A stretch of DNA of 64,000 nucleotides from NCBI GenBank assembly GCA_963739145.1, contig CAVTZO010000015.1, positions 7,335 through 71,334 of the forward strand. The letters are read 5' to 3'. How positions within the stretch are numbered: position 1 is the stretch's first letter; the number at the start of each line of letters is the position of its first letter. Shown here one piece after another: positions 63,605 through 64,000 of the stretch. The notes beneath the pieces were generated by a model, which worked only from the letters and a program-made list of their open reading frames with translations, ran no database searches and had not been told where the DNA came from. This DNA is from an uncultured beta proteobacterium. Lineage in GTDB: Bacteria; Pseudomonadota; Gammaproteobacteria; Burkholderiales; Burkholderiaceae_F. The position numbers and the translations under genes were made by a program.

Positions 63605-64000
63605 ATGAGTGTCCGCACCGGCCGAATGAGCGTCGACCTTGGTCCGTTGAAGGTGGGCCTCTATCAAGCCGCGCATCGCGCTGGCCTGTCCCCGTCGGTG
63701 CTTGCACGAAAGGCAATCGCAGCCTTGCTGGACTCAACTACGAGCGAAAGCAGAGGTGAAATTTCGCGGCCAGGACCAGTGGCCGCGGGCGAGCGGGGAG
63801 AACCCGAGGCCAAAGTTCTCGAGGTGCGTGTGAAGTTGCACCATGAAGATGCAAGGAGAGCATCCGAATGCGCGCGGGCCGAAGGCCTGAGTCGTTCCGA
63901 ATATCTGGCCATGCTGGTCGGCGAGGCAATGGGAGGGGTAGCAAGGCGCGCCGGCGCGTCGGCGAATCGAGGTGGACTGTGGTCGCCTGGCCCGGCGAGG
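63605..64000 (+). CDS. Tandem ribbon-helix-helix (CopG/MobC/TraY-like) protein, 3' end outside the window
   Basis: The frame is open from 63518 to the window edge and is not in the supplied ORF track. It has two RHH-like segments: MSVDLGPLKVGLYQAAHRAGLSPSVLARKAIAALL and VLEVRVKLHHEDARRASECARAEGLSRSEYLAMLV. The start is uncertain (63605 or 63626). Confidence 0.5.
   Translation, partial: MSVRTGRMSVDLGPLKVGLYQAAHRAGLSPSVLARKAIAALLDSTTSESRGEISRPGPVAAGERGEPEAKVLEVRVKLHHEDARRASECARAEGLSRSEYLAMLVGEAMGGVARRAGASANRGGLWSPGPAR

Noticed and set aside
63311-63737. Minus-strand ORFs (121 and 133 aa) across the CTGATG array, with periodic Ser/Ile/Gln-rich translations
   Set aside because: The amino-acid periodicity is a by-product of the 11-bp DNA repeat, which does not preserve a reading frame. 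There is no RBS and no family resemblance.
1-64000. rRNA genes, complete tRNA genes, tmRNA, riboswitches
   Set aside because: Intergenic regions were read for cloverleaf-compatible acceptor/T-arm pairs and for conserved rRNA or riboswitch cores, and none were found. Only the partial tRNA-like 3' end at 60635-60662 was seen. A covariance-model scan (tRNAscan-SE, Infernal/Rfam) would be the decisive check.

Overview
High-GC proteobacterial chromosomal window. The taxon cannot be assigned from sequence alone. All family calls come from reading motifs in the supplied translations, not from database searches. Positions 1-29.9 kb look mostly core: kdpD (3' part) and kdpE, a BNR-repeat lipoprotein, hemerythrin, mnmC, a ketone-body/PHB-mobilisation cluster (CoA-transferase, patatin/DUF3734, a triply frame-broken bdhA), a QseBC-like two-component pair, a yjfL/yjfC/yjfM-like cluster, an amidohydrolase, a GFA/GNAT/PaiB cluster, an HD-GYP protein, ada-alkB, a Pal-like lipoprotein and an M16 peptidase. 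From an IS5-family (IS427-group) insertion at 29.95 kb onward the window is mosaic and accessory. It holds an orphan nucleotidyltransferase-fold gene, a P-type ATPase, and a second two-component locus with cupredoxin-like and outer-membrane genes bracketed by two paralogous mini-membrane-protein genes. It also holds SDR/TetR/MarR genes, a TetR-controlled secreted tri-repeat protein next to an OMF-MFP-RND pump, ParE-type and BrnTA toxin-antitoxin pairs, an IS21 relic, an IS110-family element, an IS91-family transposase with a tyrosine recombinase, and a decayed integrative-element remnant at the right edge. No rRNA gene, complete tRNA gene or CRISPR array was seen. The signals most worth follow-up are four. 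(1) An array of 16 CTGATG units in four blocks of exact 11-bp register lies upstream of a tandem ribbon-helix-helix gene (63.35-64.0 kb). (2) A 103-bp repeat family delimits successive gene modules, including both TA pairs. (3) A GGTACC-N4-GGTACC operator design is shared by two promoters and links a secreted repeat protein to the RND pump. (4) A GTTCAG-N5-GTTCAG box is duplicated at both borders of the second two-component locus. Caveat: several conserved genes show +/-1 frame breaks, several of them in or beside short homopolymer runs. Assembly indel error must therefore be excluded before any pseudogene is taken as biology.
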